The translations under genes and the position numbers were made by a program. Below the pieces are notes generated by a model. The model was not told the origin of the DNA, searched no databases, and worked only from the letters and a program-made list of their open reading frames with translations. A DNA stretch of 64,000 bases, from contig OU015569.1 of assembly GCA_907165135.1 (NCBI GenBank), positions 7,130,001 to 7,194,000 of the forward strand, read 5' to 3'. Origin of the DNA: Oikopleura dioica. Its lineage: Eukaryota > Animalia > Chordata. Of this stretch, positions 14,338-27,400 are shown piece by piece (the stretch's first letter is position 1; each line of letters begins with the position of its first letter).

Positions 14338-14527
14338 GCCGCAAAAATTTCGAACTCTGATTACAACTGCACTATTATGTTTGCCGTACAAGAGGTAAAA
14401 GAAAGTTGGAGAAATAAGTCAAAATCGCTCGATTTTATCTTCTGCGAGAATCTGTTATCTTTACAAATTTCATTTCTAACAGTAAATATTATTTCATTTT
14501 ATTTACAGCTTTGAGTACAGAATTTTT

Positions 14528-17500
14528 CTATTTCTGTCTTCTATCGTATTGCCACTCGCATACTTCGCCCATGGCTGTCACGAATTTCGATGAAAGCTTG
14601 TTGTATTCCTCTTGTAGTCTCGAGTTGATCAGGTCTTTCAGTTTCACTTGGTACTCGAGCATCAACAGTTTCTGCTCCGCTTCTGGCAGATTCGGGTCGA
14701 TCTTTGGCGGTGGGTAGTCCGCTTCGGCAGCTTTAAAATCATTAAATACATGTTCCTAAGACTCAAATAAACCCGCAATAACTTTTTCTTCAACTTCGCA
14801 TGTTTTTCTGGGCGAGCCAACTGATGGTCTTCTACCTCTCGACTTTGAACGAGCTTAAAATAATAATCATTTCAAGCTTCCACTTTGTAGAGAAAAAATT
14901 TCTAGTAGCCCATGACTTATTAATCACTTTGATAAACTCCTAAAAGAGTACGGTACTCTGAGTACCTCTTCCGATTGTTCCGAACTTCGAGGCCCTCTCC
15001 ATTGCAGATTGTCGATGAACAGGTTCTCCCCCATATGCGGCTCCTCCATATGCGCTTCCCTAAACATTAATGCATAGACATATGCTTTACTTGACAATCG
15101 GGTCATCTGATAGAGAAAAAATCATTACCACAATAGAAGGTCCACGGCGTGAAGCACGTCCTCTACCGTCTCCTTCGTACGCTGAAGAGGCTCCGCTAGA
15201 ACGTGCAACGGCAGCAGCAGCAATTTCTCGAATCTTTTCTTCTTTTTTCGCGGCTTATTCAATTTATTTATTCATTGAATCTATCGATATTAGAAAACCT
15301 TCAAGACTTGCACTTTTAACTTCGAAAATGGGCTCTCCGTTTTCACCCTCAACGAATTCCCTTCCATCTTCGTCGACGAGAATCTGTCTCCCACTGTCAT
15401 CAACAAGTGGTTTGCCGCCTTCACCAAGAAGAATCTCTTTCCCATCGGCTCGTTTCTCCTTCTAAATATTGGCTACATTCTGGTTCCCACTGTGAGCGCA
15501 CCTTGATAACCGGCTCTGGGACTGGCGCGCGACCTTCTTGGTAAAGAGGACTTCTTCCGTCTTTTGTTCCCACTTGAACTGGCTGACCATTTTTATCGAC
15601 GGGTGCGAGAATAGGCTCACCGCTTTCATCAAGAAGGGGTTTTCCGGACTCATCAACAATTTCACCTTTTTCATTCGTTTTTGCAACAACTGGATTGCCT
15701 GACTTATCCAGCACAGGTTTGCCAGACTCATCAACAAGTTGACCTTTTTCATTTGTTTTAGCTGTCTAATCAGAGGATCAAGAAACATAAAAGCATAAAC
15801 GAAATTTTGCCAATAAGAATATTTTATGATATTTATGATTTTGATCCGATCCTTTTGCGGTTTTCTATTTCCTTTTTTCCAATCTTCAAGTTTTTCTTCG
15901 GCGATTCGAGCCTTTTCTTCGTAAATTTTCTGAGACTCGGCCATTGAGTGCATAATTTCATTACATTTTTTCATTTCTTCGGCCCAGAGCATCAGTAAAT
16001 CCTAAGGCATAGGCATTATGACAAATAATTTGCTTTTATGAGCAGGATAAAGTTGTAGTTTGGATAATAAACGCATGCGGGTGCGCAGAGGGAGATTCTA
16101 AGAACTGTTAAGGGGTCAAGTTAGCCAGTGTCTTCAAGATCATTGACCCACGGAATCTACTGACCCTTCTTCTTGCATAAAATGATATGCTCTCTCTCCA
16201 ATTATAACTTACTTTTGGTGAAGGCGATCCTACTTTGACATAGCCTATTCGCAGTCTGTCGTTGCATGATTGACCGTTTTTGTCTTGTATTTGGACCATG
16301 TATGCACCTCCATCACATTCGTAGCAGTCAGTTATCGTCAGCGACCGACTGTGGCCTCTTGAGCTTAATTTGAACTTCTTGCAGTCTGTTCTTAAGATTT
16401 TTATGCGTGAACAAGGAATACAATTTATTAATTATAGGCGTTGTTTAATCTTTTCTTGGATCGGCTTATTCCCAAAAGGAGAGTACCAAAGAACTTGTGC
16501 GTCGTGTGGCTAACCACAAGTTTTCAAAGACAGCAAATTTAGTTTTAGCTAGGTATTTGGTCATATCTTAGCGCGTTTTGTACTGATTATCCACTCAAGG
16601 TGACTTGATAATGCACCTCTTCCATTACTGTAGATAAAACATTGATCTGCGAAGTATTTAGAGTCAGAGTTCAAGCTATAAGTTTGATACTCTGAGCGAG
16701 GAAAATAAATTTGGTCATTAAAGTAAGCGCTAAGCATTTGGTTAAGCAATATCCGCACTTTAAACTGCAGATGTCAGGAAAGACATATTCATGAATTTGT
16801 AAACTTGACTCCACAGAAACGGAAAGTGTGGCTTCTCCTTTAGGTGGCACGATTGGATGATTTATAGTTTCAATGAATCCAAGTGGCTCAGCAGCTTTTG
16901 ACACATTCTGTTTTTTCAATATGCCATTCGGGCCTGCTCCGTTGACCTTCAACTCGCCACTGTACAGCAACGATGAGTTCCTTGAGACGGGGATTTTCAC
17001 GAAATAGAGACCAGCATCAGCGGCAGAAACATTTTCTGTTCAAAGCGGTCAAATAAAGCAGTCAACCAAAAAGTAAAAATCATGCTTTCGACCGAAGCTA
17101 TTGTCAAAGTAAACGTTGATCCATTTTCGGAGCCAGTTTTAACCCTGTCATTTTCGAAGATCTGCTCGTTTGGCCAGGAGACGTCTAAGGAAGATGATTT
17201 ATGCCACTCGACAGAATTCGCAGAAAGATTGTCTTCCAATACGCATTTCAATGTGGCAATTGATCCAGCTGAAGTTGTCACATCGGCGATGCCAAAAGAA
17301 GGAATAGAGAGAGATTGCACTTGAATTTGCACGATTCGGATGGGCTCGAATGAAAAGAACTCATCGTTCTCTGTTTTTGGTTCGCTCGTTTATATTGATT
17401 AATTACGGTCTAGTAGTTTGGATGAACTTGCAACCAAGCCTTTGATAATCGCGAAATAAGCGCCTGCGTTGGCTCTGCTGACATTCTCGAGGTTCACAGA

Positions 17501-18750
17501 AGATAAATCTCCATTCCTGAGGAAAAACACATTATAAAAATTGTCATCGCCTATTGAAGGTCATGTCATGATGACCTCGTGCATTTTTATGGATTGGAAA
17601 AAACAAATATAACACCTTGTAATGGACGCTTCAGAAACAGGTTTATCATCGTGATACCAACAGACCGGAGCTTCTGGTGGAGACACAGTAACATTGATAC
17701 TGAAACTTGCTCCCTCCTCAACCTGTAAAGACACTCTTAGTTTTTTTCCAAATAGAGTTATGGACTCGTAGTGAGAAGCCAGAATAACTCAGTTATACCT
17801 TCATTGATTGACTCGACGACAGTAGCTTTGCTTCTTTCTTGTAGAGGAGACGTGCTAAGGACTATTTAATACGATTATCAAGACCAGTCAAGATCAATTT
17901 ATCCACCTTTGGTTTAGCCTCCGTCTGCACCTCTACTTGATAAGTACCAGCCCGAGAAGGACCAACGTCATTTATCTTTACGCGTGGTTCGTAGGAGTTT
18001 TATATCATTTTTACGGTCGGTTGATTTCCGAGGAGAAACATAAAATTCCGTCATGTTAGAGTTAAGAGTTAATAAAGAGTAATCAGCCTGTAAATTCTTC
18101 AGAATTAGGAAGCAGTAAACACAAGTGTGCGTTCACTTAATTAATGGCGTTAAAAGCGTTGGCTTAGCTTTGTACTAGCAGCACATAAATAACGCTGTTT
18201 ATTGTTCATTTTCGCCACTGATCAGCAAATTAGAACTCTTTAGGAAGGAAATAGGCCTCTTCTGCATGTCAATTAATTTTATTTCCCGCTTTTAAATTGG
18301 CATCGCGACAAACTAAGCCTCCTAATGGCTCCTTCTACTTATGCTCTCCTAATCTCTATGATTCGGACAAAAACGATCAGATCAAACCTCACACCCTTTT
18401 TAGAGGTCATCATCTTCATCCTCACTGAAATAATTTATTTTACTCAAATTAGGAGATTGTGCTCTCCAGAAAAAAAAATGATGAGCCCCTTTCTTAAGAA
18501 AGACTTTTCCGTCATCTCGTGATATTTCTATGTTGGCGTCTTTGCCGGGCTCAATTGGCTCTCCGTTGAAGCACCAAATAACATCTGCATCTTTGGGATC
18601 GACGACTGCTGCGAAAACAGCCTGATGCGTGTCAACACCGATGACGTCGGTCAGTGGCTAAAAGGCATTAATGACAAGTTTTGATGACCGCTTTTGATGA
18701 GATTAATCTTCTTCCAACGGGAATTTCATATCTCAAGCTTTAAAAAGTAC
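14528..18750 (-). CDS. multi-Ig (I-set) protein with coiled coil and DESGKP-type repeats
   Basis: At least five Ig-like segments (PLTDVIG..VIWCFNGEP; VEEGASFSINVTV..PVCWYHDDKP..NAGAYF; TLKCVL..VEWHK..DAGLYFV; SLTITDC..DGGAYMV), followed by an E/K-rich helix, repeated (V/L)DE(S/D)G(K/E)P units and a helical C-terminus ending at TAG 14528-14530. The 5' end may extend to about 19235. Confidence 0.75.
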
Positions 18751-19749
18751 AAACGCACGTGTAGAAAGCCCTCCATAATTCTCAGTGCAGCGACAACCCG
18801 GTGGACTGCTGACTGACTGATAAGAGCTTTTCAGCCCTTTGTCGCCTGTGGCTTTTTTCGCGTCGTAAAATTAAGACTCTTAACGTGTCATCAACTCCAT
18901 TTTTCATCCTTTGACTATTCGCTTGTGGCCTTTGGACTTATTTAAACCGAGACCCTTAAAGTGACCTCTTGCCTCTTATTTAAGTACCCCATATAATAAA
19001 ATGGGCCATATTTGTCTACTTGATCCTCATTGTTTCCCACTGGCGCCGACTGTGAAATTTTTAAAAGTACACTTTCAATTTCCAGTTTTTTTCCAGCTCG
19101 GCCAGTGTGCCTAAAAAGACCGGCGCACTTGAGAAGAGGTTGGGTGTCCAAATCAACCCGGCGGCCCAAATAGACCACGAAAGAGGCCAGACTTACAGAC
19201 AATCCTGAGAGAAAATAAACTCCCTTCGAGACCATACGGTATTTCGAGCTCTTATATAGAAAATCGTTCCAGAAACTTACTAAATGAGAAAACTCTCTAA
19301 ATTTCCAAGCCTAAATAAAGATCAGCGACACCAGATCATTTTGAACTTTTCCTGACCTAGGAGCGGACAGTATTTACTCGACTTGAACTTGATAACTCAA
19401 TTAGCGGGTCTATAAGAATATTTAAACCAAGTGAGCTTAGCGAAATATTACAGTAGTCATCTAAAACACCTGCAGAAATGAAACGATCGATTTGCTTCTT
19501 TTTCCGTCTTTTATTGTCGCAGAAAATAATTAAATTTGCTGTCGCTGAAGTAACTGGCTTACAGTTAGGGGTTAATAAATCAACAAACACACAGAGGTTC
19601 GTGTTTTGGGGCTTCTTGCGAATAATTGATGATCTATAAGTTTTAGTTACTAGCTAATTCAGAAAAAAGAGAAGAGAATAATCTAGAAGGAACGTTTATT
19701 TATACAGAAGATGAAGACCTTGTGAGCTAATCGACGAGAAAAACGAACC

Positions 19750-22700
19750 ATGACTCTGGCGAGTTTAAGACACTGCACGCAAAAGCTCACCTTTCTACTG
19801 ATAAGCACACTTTCTATATCAATTGCAATCGCTGAGAAGTTTGACGATAAAATTGACGGAGTCGCTGACCCCTGCACCGACGCATCTTTATTTTGGGGTG
19901 ATCAAGTAGGCTCTGTATAATTTGCTCGTTCTTTTATTAGACTTAGGCTTTGACAGCGGACGATGTTCGTCGTATATTTGGCCGCGAACCGGAAGAAGTT
20001 CTAAGCGACCTCGGACAGGCCGCCGCACACAAACGCGCCAGAAACGAGACTGCCGGCAAAGCAGAGTTGATGAAGGAGATCGAACAGCGCGATCGTCGCA
20101 AGAAACGGGCAGTCACTTCTCTACCCGAGCGTAAATGGCCTCATGCTGTTATTCCTTATGAGATATCGAGTAACTTTACGTCAAAACAAAGAAGTATCTT
20201 TTACCAAGTTAGTCTTCGCTAGATCAGAGATTTGCTCTTTTGTGAGTATGAATTAATGAGATTAACTAATTAATCGTCCTTCTTCCTTCTTATCCCAACG
20301 CGATTTTTAGGCAATGCGTCACTGGGAGCTCCACACTTGCGTTACCTTCATTGAACATATAGGGAGGCCCGAAGATCCCCATATTTTGTTCACTCAACGA
20401 CCGTGCGGATGCTGCTCGTTTGTAGGCAGACGTGGACTTGGTGCACAGGCGATCTCGATTGGAAAGAACTGCGACAAGTTTGGGATCGTTGTTCACGAGC
20501 TTGGTCATGTCGTCGGCTTTTGGCATGAGCACACGAGACCTGATAGGAATAGTTATTTAAATGTAACTATCACTAAAATATGAGGATTTATCACCAAACG
20601 CACTCAAAAACTATGCAAAGGGATGATTACATAAAAGTCGTATATGAAAATATTCAAGAAAACCAAGACTACAACTTTCAAAAAATGCCACCAAATGAAA
20701 TCGACTCTTTGCAAGAACCCTATGATTTGGATTTCACAGCTAATAGCTATTTTCAAAAGAAGCTAGAGAATAGTAACTTGAATAAGTTTCTTTCTTAGCT
20801 TGAAATCTTGGAAAAGACTTTGACTCGATCATGCATTATTCTCGAAATACTTTTGCAAAAGGTGCCTTCATGGATACGTTGCGCCCTATCCCTCAGCCTG
20901 GAGTCAGCATAAAACCGACTATTGGGCAAAGGATTAAGCTCTCCGACGGTGACAAGATTCAAGCACGCAAACTTTACAGATGTCCATCTTGTGGCCAAAC
21001 GTTACAGGTAAGAATGGTTATCAAAAAGCTTAAGAAACACGAAGCATCCAAAGGAAAAATTGTTAAAGTAAAATATTTAATAAGACTCCGACCGGAAACT
21101 TTTCGAGTCCAGGTTATCCCTCGTATGTCAAGCATGATAAGCAACTCCATTGTGAGTGGAGGATCTCGACTACGCCAGGAAAGGGCAATTAATAAAAATA
21201 CGAGCAATGAAGAGGAACAAAACTAAGCCCATGATAAGGCGAGACCTTGGAAGTGAACATATCAGATCTTGGTTTTGCGTCAGATGCGAATTGTCACTAC
21301 GATTTTCTGGAAATTTACGATGGTCCGACGCTGAGCGACAAACTGATAGGAAAGTACTGTCGAGACAACATGCCAAAAAGAATGTCTTTTACAACGACGA
21401 CGCATCGGATGTTCGTCAAATACCGAAAGGTTTCACGCCGTTCAGACTCAGTGGGCTTTCGAATGGAATACAAGTATTTGTTGCATGTCATTGCTCAGTG
21501 AAATACTTTCAGAGCTATTTGCGGTGGAACAATTATGCTGAATGGCAACAACAATCATGAAATCGTGTCCCCGAATAACCCGGACAAGTATCCTCCGAAT
21601 TCGAATTGCGCTTGGGAAGTACACGCACCTCCTGGCTACAAGATTGGCCTTGAACTCAATGAATTTGAAGTTGAACAACACGAGTCATGTACGTATGATT
21701 ATCTGGAGGTACGAGATGGAGCCACGAAGAACTCGCCGCTAATCAAAAAATGGTGTGGTTTCAAGGCCCCCGATCCAATTAAATCTTCTGGAGAAAAATT
21801 ATTTATTGAATTCAAGAAAGGATTAAATTCTCTATAACTACCTACTAATTATTAATGAGAAACGATCCTTGAAAAGTCAGACAATAATGTGAATAAAGGA
21901 GGTTTTATCGCAAATCTCATTCCCGAAAAAGACGAATGTCTTTTGAATAATGGAGGATGCGAACAGGTTTGCGTTATCAGTATTGATACTCTTAAAGCAT
22001 ATATTCTCAAAAGATATGTCGCAATAATATTGGCGGCTTTGTCTGTCAGTGTCATCCCGGTTTTCACCTAAAAGACGATGGATTTTCATGTGAAACTAGT
22101 TGCGGTGGAACATTAACTAGGTTTGTCGTCGTTCACTTTCACTTCTTGATATTTTTATCAGTAAAACGGGTGAAATCGTGTCTCCAGGCTTCCCAAAAGA
22201 ATACCCTCCGGACAAAGAGTGTCTATGGATGATAGTGGCACCTTCAGATTATAAAATAATACTTACATTCAACCATCTTGATATAGAAGGTAATCTACTT
22301 CACAAACACAATAGAGGACTAGAAAGATTTGTGCATGCTGCAACATTCATTCTCCAGTTAACATTATTCAATTGACCAAATGATATGTGACGTGGCTTTC
22401 TCTAACAGTGCCTTTCATAACATATGGTCGCCTTATAAAGAGTAATAATTCGGAGTAGATCCTTCAGGGACACAAGGAGGCTGTGAATACGATTACCTCG
22501 AATTGCGTTCTGGACTTCTGGAAACATCGCCACTCCTTGGAGGGAAAATCTGCTCAGTCCGCACAGAAAACATGCCTTCGGTTTCATCAACACGGAATCA
22601 CATGCGCGTGTTTTTCAAGTTGTCTTACATTAAAAGAACACACTATTCATGATTTAGGTCCGATGCGTCCATAGGCAAGACCGGTTTCAATGTCACTTAC

Positions 22701-23864
22701 CAACTAGACATTGACGAGTGTCAAAAAAACAACGGCGGTTGCCACCATCTCTGCGTCAATGAACCTGGCAAATATCACTGTGCATGTAGAAAAGGTTTTT
22801 TATGATATATCTATTATACGTTTTAACTTGTTTTGAATAGGATATACCCTCCATACTGACAAAAAGAATTGCAAAGAAGAGCCCCAATGTGGAAGTGCAT
22901 TTGATGTAACAGGTGAGATCGGAAACAAAGAAAAAACGGTCGTCGACTCAGACGCATATTTGTAGAATACCAAGACAAATTTTACTCTCCTGGATACAGT
23001 TCTGGGCGGTACCCAGAGAAGGCTAATTGTAATTGGAAGCTGAGAACAAAAGATGGACATCGAATCAGAATTAAATGGGAAGAGTTTGATGTCGAGCAAC
23101 AGGAAGACTGCGGCTACGACCGCGTGGAACTTTCGGAGCAGAAAAGACTTGTTCAAAAAATTTGCCGCTCCTCTCCACATGATTACATTTCCAGAGGGAA
23201 TGATGTTGACGTTCACTTCTTCTCTGATGGTTCAATCCAAAAAAAGGGCTTCAAAGCAGTTTATAGATCCGAGTGCGGTGGAAATTACACGGGTGAGCGC
23301 GAAGCCAAAATTTCTCTATCAAAAATTTAGTTACTGATTCTGAGCGTGTGATTTTTTCGCATGCATCAATCGGAGACAAGGACTATCCGACTGATGCTGA
23401 TTGCACATGGACATTGAATGCACCTGGGTAATCAAAAATTTGCCGAATAAATGTTCTTTATATGTAGTCGTGATGAATTGCCTGGAATGGCGACGAAAGT
23501 AAAGCTGACCTATCAAATGTTTCAAATTGAGGAAGAACCGACTTGTAAATACGATTATTTGGAAGTGAATTCTATGGCTAGTGGTTTGGTAGGAGAGCTT
23601 GAGATCTCTAGCAAAAATAAAATGATTAGGTCGAGAAGCGATGCGGCGATGGTAAGCCCTCGAGCTGGCCAACGTCGAAGCCTTTCGTTGAAATTCTCAA
23701 TCTTCCCGGTAGAAAGCCTCTTTCCCGATTTTATTTACCAGAAATATATAGTTACTCTACGCTTCCAGTCGGATGGAACGATCACGAAAAGAGGTTTCCA
23801 AATTAAGTATTCTTTGCTGCAGAGACGACGGAATACGATGCGACACCCCAATGCGCGGAACTGA
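19750..23864 (+). CDS. BMP1: BMP1/tolloid-like metalloprotease
   Basis: Signal peptide; DPC..GDQAL prodomain motif; RKKR cleavage site; astacin [18 protein letters not shown] and SIMHY; then CUB-CUB-EGF-CUB-EGF-CUB-CUB across many short-intron exons. Confidence 0.95.
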
Positions 23865-24411
23865 ATGCTTTATCGAATGCGCCAATAGATCTCACTACTA
23901 CCTTCTTTCCTTCCATTATCCAAAGCTGCTGTTATGTATAAACGTTTAGTGAAAATTGTCCACTTCATATAAAATAATGAATAAATGATCCGGTAAACCG
24001 AACTGCTCCCTTTTGTATGCAAAGACAATAATGACAAAAGAGGTAATTGAGTAAAAAAATATTTTATTTTAAAATTTCCGCAGTGATATAAATTGGAATG
24101 TGAAAAGCTGAGGAGGCAATGGTGAAAGTGAATGTGATAAGTTGGTAAGGAAGCTTCGGAAACTGTGATTGTAAAGGGCGATATTTTGCATTTTAGACTT
24201 TGTTGAGAAAGGGGAATGGGATGGTTCAAGGTGATCTGGGGAAAGCGATTGTGAATGGGTTTTCGTAATACAGTGATGAACAGGTGAAAACAAGGACTCC
24301 TAAAAAGATGTTTCGATTATTAGTATAATTTAATTTAAAAGCGAACATATCATGTCTCGAAAGAGCCTTTTAGGAGGCCTTGTTTGAAGATGAATTTGGA
24401 TAAACATAGCC

Positions 24412-27400
24412 TTAGTCATTTTTCTCAGAGCGCCGGAATCGCTTTCGAATAGAGACTCCAAGTTCTTTCACCGAACTACGACGCTTAGTCTTAGGCTTCT
24501 TGAAGGCTTCTCGTCTTTCTAGAGTTGTATTTTTCGAGGGCGTGCTCTAAAATATAGAGTATACTTTATTGCCCTAAGGAAGAAAACTTGCCTCTTGTTC
24601 TACTGGATAGGATGAGCGGAGATGAGCCGGCTGGAGTTTGTTTCGTTGAGAAATGAATGAACTGCCTCGACTTTTGTAAACGAACTCGTTCTCTTTCTCA
24701 GCTGAAGACGACTTCGTCGATGACGATGACGATGATGCTTGATCCGATTTTTGATCGTGTGCCGACGAGCTTGCCTCGTCTTCGTCTTTCGCAAGGACGT
24801 TGGTGATACGCGAGTTTCGGAAAAGCGCTTGTTGGACATGGTCGTCGTCATCCTCATCCTCGCAGACATTTAAGGCCAGACGACCGGGAGTCTGGATCGG
24901 CGTAGAAAACGGCTGCTGAAAGGGAATTTTTAATTTATTTTATAAATTGGAACATAAAAAATAAAATTAATTTTCTTTATCTCCCACAAGCAAATCAAAA
25001 AGCGTGGTATTGATTATTAACAAATGCGTTAGATCAGACACATGGCATGTGTCACATGCAGTATCATTCGTGCAAAAAATATACTTCCTCACCCCGAGTT
25101 TCCTTTGGAACGGATTACTAAGCCAAGAAATCTAGAAAGGGATAGCATGAGTGAAAACTATGGGGCTTACATTTTCTGCGTTGTGCCTAAGAAGAGCTGC
25201 TTCTGATAATATCGACTCTTTCGGAAGTGGAAGCTTTGATCTATCGAACTGAGACGACTGGATCGAACCGTTGAATTCGTCGGAGTCTTCTTCCACTTCA
25301 GTCTGTTGCTAAACGTTTTATAGTATCCTTTTAAAACTCAATACTTTACCTGATATTTCTGAAGATCACTTATGGTCTTCTCTAGCTGCTTGTTTTTCTC
25401 GGCATTCATCGACTGAATGAGAAATTAAGTAAAACATCTCTTTTGATCAATAATAATTTAACCTACCTCTCGTTTCTCGGAGCTTTTCACAGTTGCTTCT
25501 AACTCCTTGATCCGCGCAGAGAACTCTTCATTATTTTTACTCAGCAGTTGCTTATCTCTTAGAATGGTTTTATTAACGAATAAATATTTTCGTCACATAC
25601 CGGATAAGTTTTTCGTTCTTTTCAATTGATCGCTTTAGCTCGTCCGTTTTCTCCACGAGCTCTCTATTCTTGAGCGCAAGATCCCGTCCAAGTGCCTTTA
25701 TTTGATCTTCAGACTTTTTAGAAATTAGAAGAGCATTCTCCGACTCGCGCATTTTAGTTTTCAAGGCGTTATATTTTTCCGTGACGATATTTCTATTATT
25801 TACTTCTTCGAGAAGCTCTTTCGTCTGCGCCTTGATCGTATCGTCTTTCTTTCTAAGTTTAGTCGTCATGTCCTCTCGCATTTTTCGGAACTGATTCTGT
25901 ATCGCATCTATCTCTTTCTCTTTCTGCTCAATTTTCGTTTCGAAGGCACATTTTTCCACAGCCCAGACACTCTCTCGCTCTTTTGAAGATTCTGCATTCT
26001 CGATTCTGTGAGCAATGATCTTCTCGTTCTCGTCTTTCAAAAGAACTAGCTCCAAGTTAGCAGCTTCAAACTTCTTGGAGCATTCGGAGAAGCGCTGTTT
26101 GAGAGTATTGAGCTCATCCTCTTTCTCATGCAAGTCTTTATTCAAAAGCTGTTTTGCAGATTCCGCTTCTTCGATTCTCTGAGCAACAATCTCATCATGC
26201 TCTCCTTTCAAAAGAACGATTTTCGAGTTGACAGCTTCAAGCTCGATCGTCTTTTCTTTCAACGCCGTTTCACTCCTTCTGCGAGTCTCTAATTCTTCAG
26301 CGAGCTCCTTTCTTGCGCACAGTAGAACCTGATTCTGCTTCTCTTCGTTCGAACTCATTTCTGTAATTTTCTCTTCCAGTGCCTTTATCATTTCTTCCGC
26401 GAGATTACATTCTTTCTTCAGAGCTTCCTCACGGGCGCAACTCTCTCGACAGGCAGTGCGACTGCTCTCGAGTGCTTCTTTGTACTTCTCCGACTCTTGC
26501 GTTGTCGCTTGTCGCTGCTCTATTTCACGATCTACTTTCGCGGTCAGTCGATGAATAGTTTTCTCATTCTCGTCGCACTCGTCTAGCTTCACCTCAAGAC
26601 TTTCTTTTGCGGCTTGCAACGCTTCCTGCAACTCATCAAAGGATGCTTCTTTCGCAGCGAGTTTGTCGTTCTTTAGAGGGCTCGAAACTTGCAAAATAGA
26701 CACGAGTCAATACGTTTTAGGCCGTTTTATTTTTAACAGATCAAAACGTTTGCGAAAGAAGTGGTTCTACATATTTACAATCAAATTATGAACATATTAT
26801 ATCATACACGTTTACCCAAGATTCATCCATGTTTTCGAGCCCTGGCAGAGAAACATTATCCTGCTTTTGAAGATCCAAGCTTTCGATGAGTGCGCTCTTC
26901 TCCTCGCTCAAGATGGCCACATTCGCTTTGGCGGTTTTTAACTCAGCTTGTGCCGCGCTCAATTCAGCTCGAACAACCTTAAGTGACGTCATGTACTCAA
27001 GGCTGGCTTCGCTCTGTCGATGCTGTTGCTCGTCAGCTTCGCTTACGAGCGTTGAAACACGCAGCTGTAGCTACATAACAGATGTTAATCATGATAAAAT
27101 TTAATGTAGAAAAGTATTAAGAATGAGTATATTTTACCTGTTTTTTCTGCTGCTCTAGGTTTTGAAGGAGGTCATCTTTTTGCTTGGAAATGAGATCGAC
27201 GGATTCGAGAGCTGCAAGCTTTTTGGAGCATTCGGAGAAGCGCTGGTGAAGTGCGTTGAGCTCTTCCTCCTTCTCCTGCAAGTCATTTTTCAAAAACTGC
27301 AGTTGAATGGACTCTTCCTCGTTCACATGCTGTTGCAAAGGCAAGGAACCTACGTAGTAAATTATCAGAACAAAATTCAAATATACAATCTATACCTGAG

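Larger units (their letters stand above)
12222..14359. mobile_element. non-autonomous hAT-type DNA transposon (2138 bp) carrying nested elements
   Basis: 13-bp TIR CAGAGTTCGAAAT at both ends; perfect 8-bp TSD ATTACAAC (12214-12221 and 14360-14367); mirrored subterminal arrays; no transposase ORF. Confidence 0.93.

Noticed and set aside
14069-14514. Cys/Arg/Pro-rich ORFs
   Set aside because: They are translations of the subterminal GCCCGT array.
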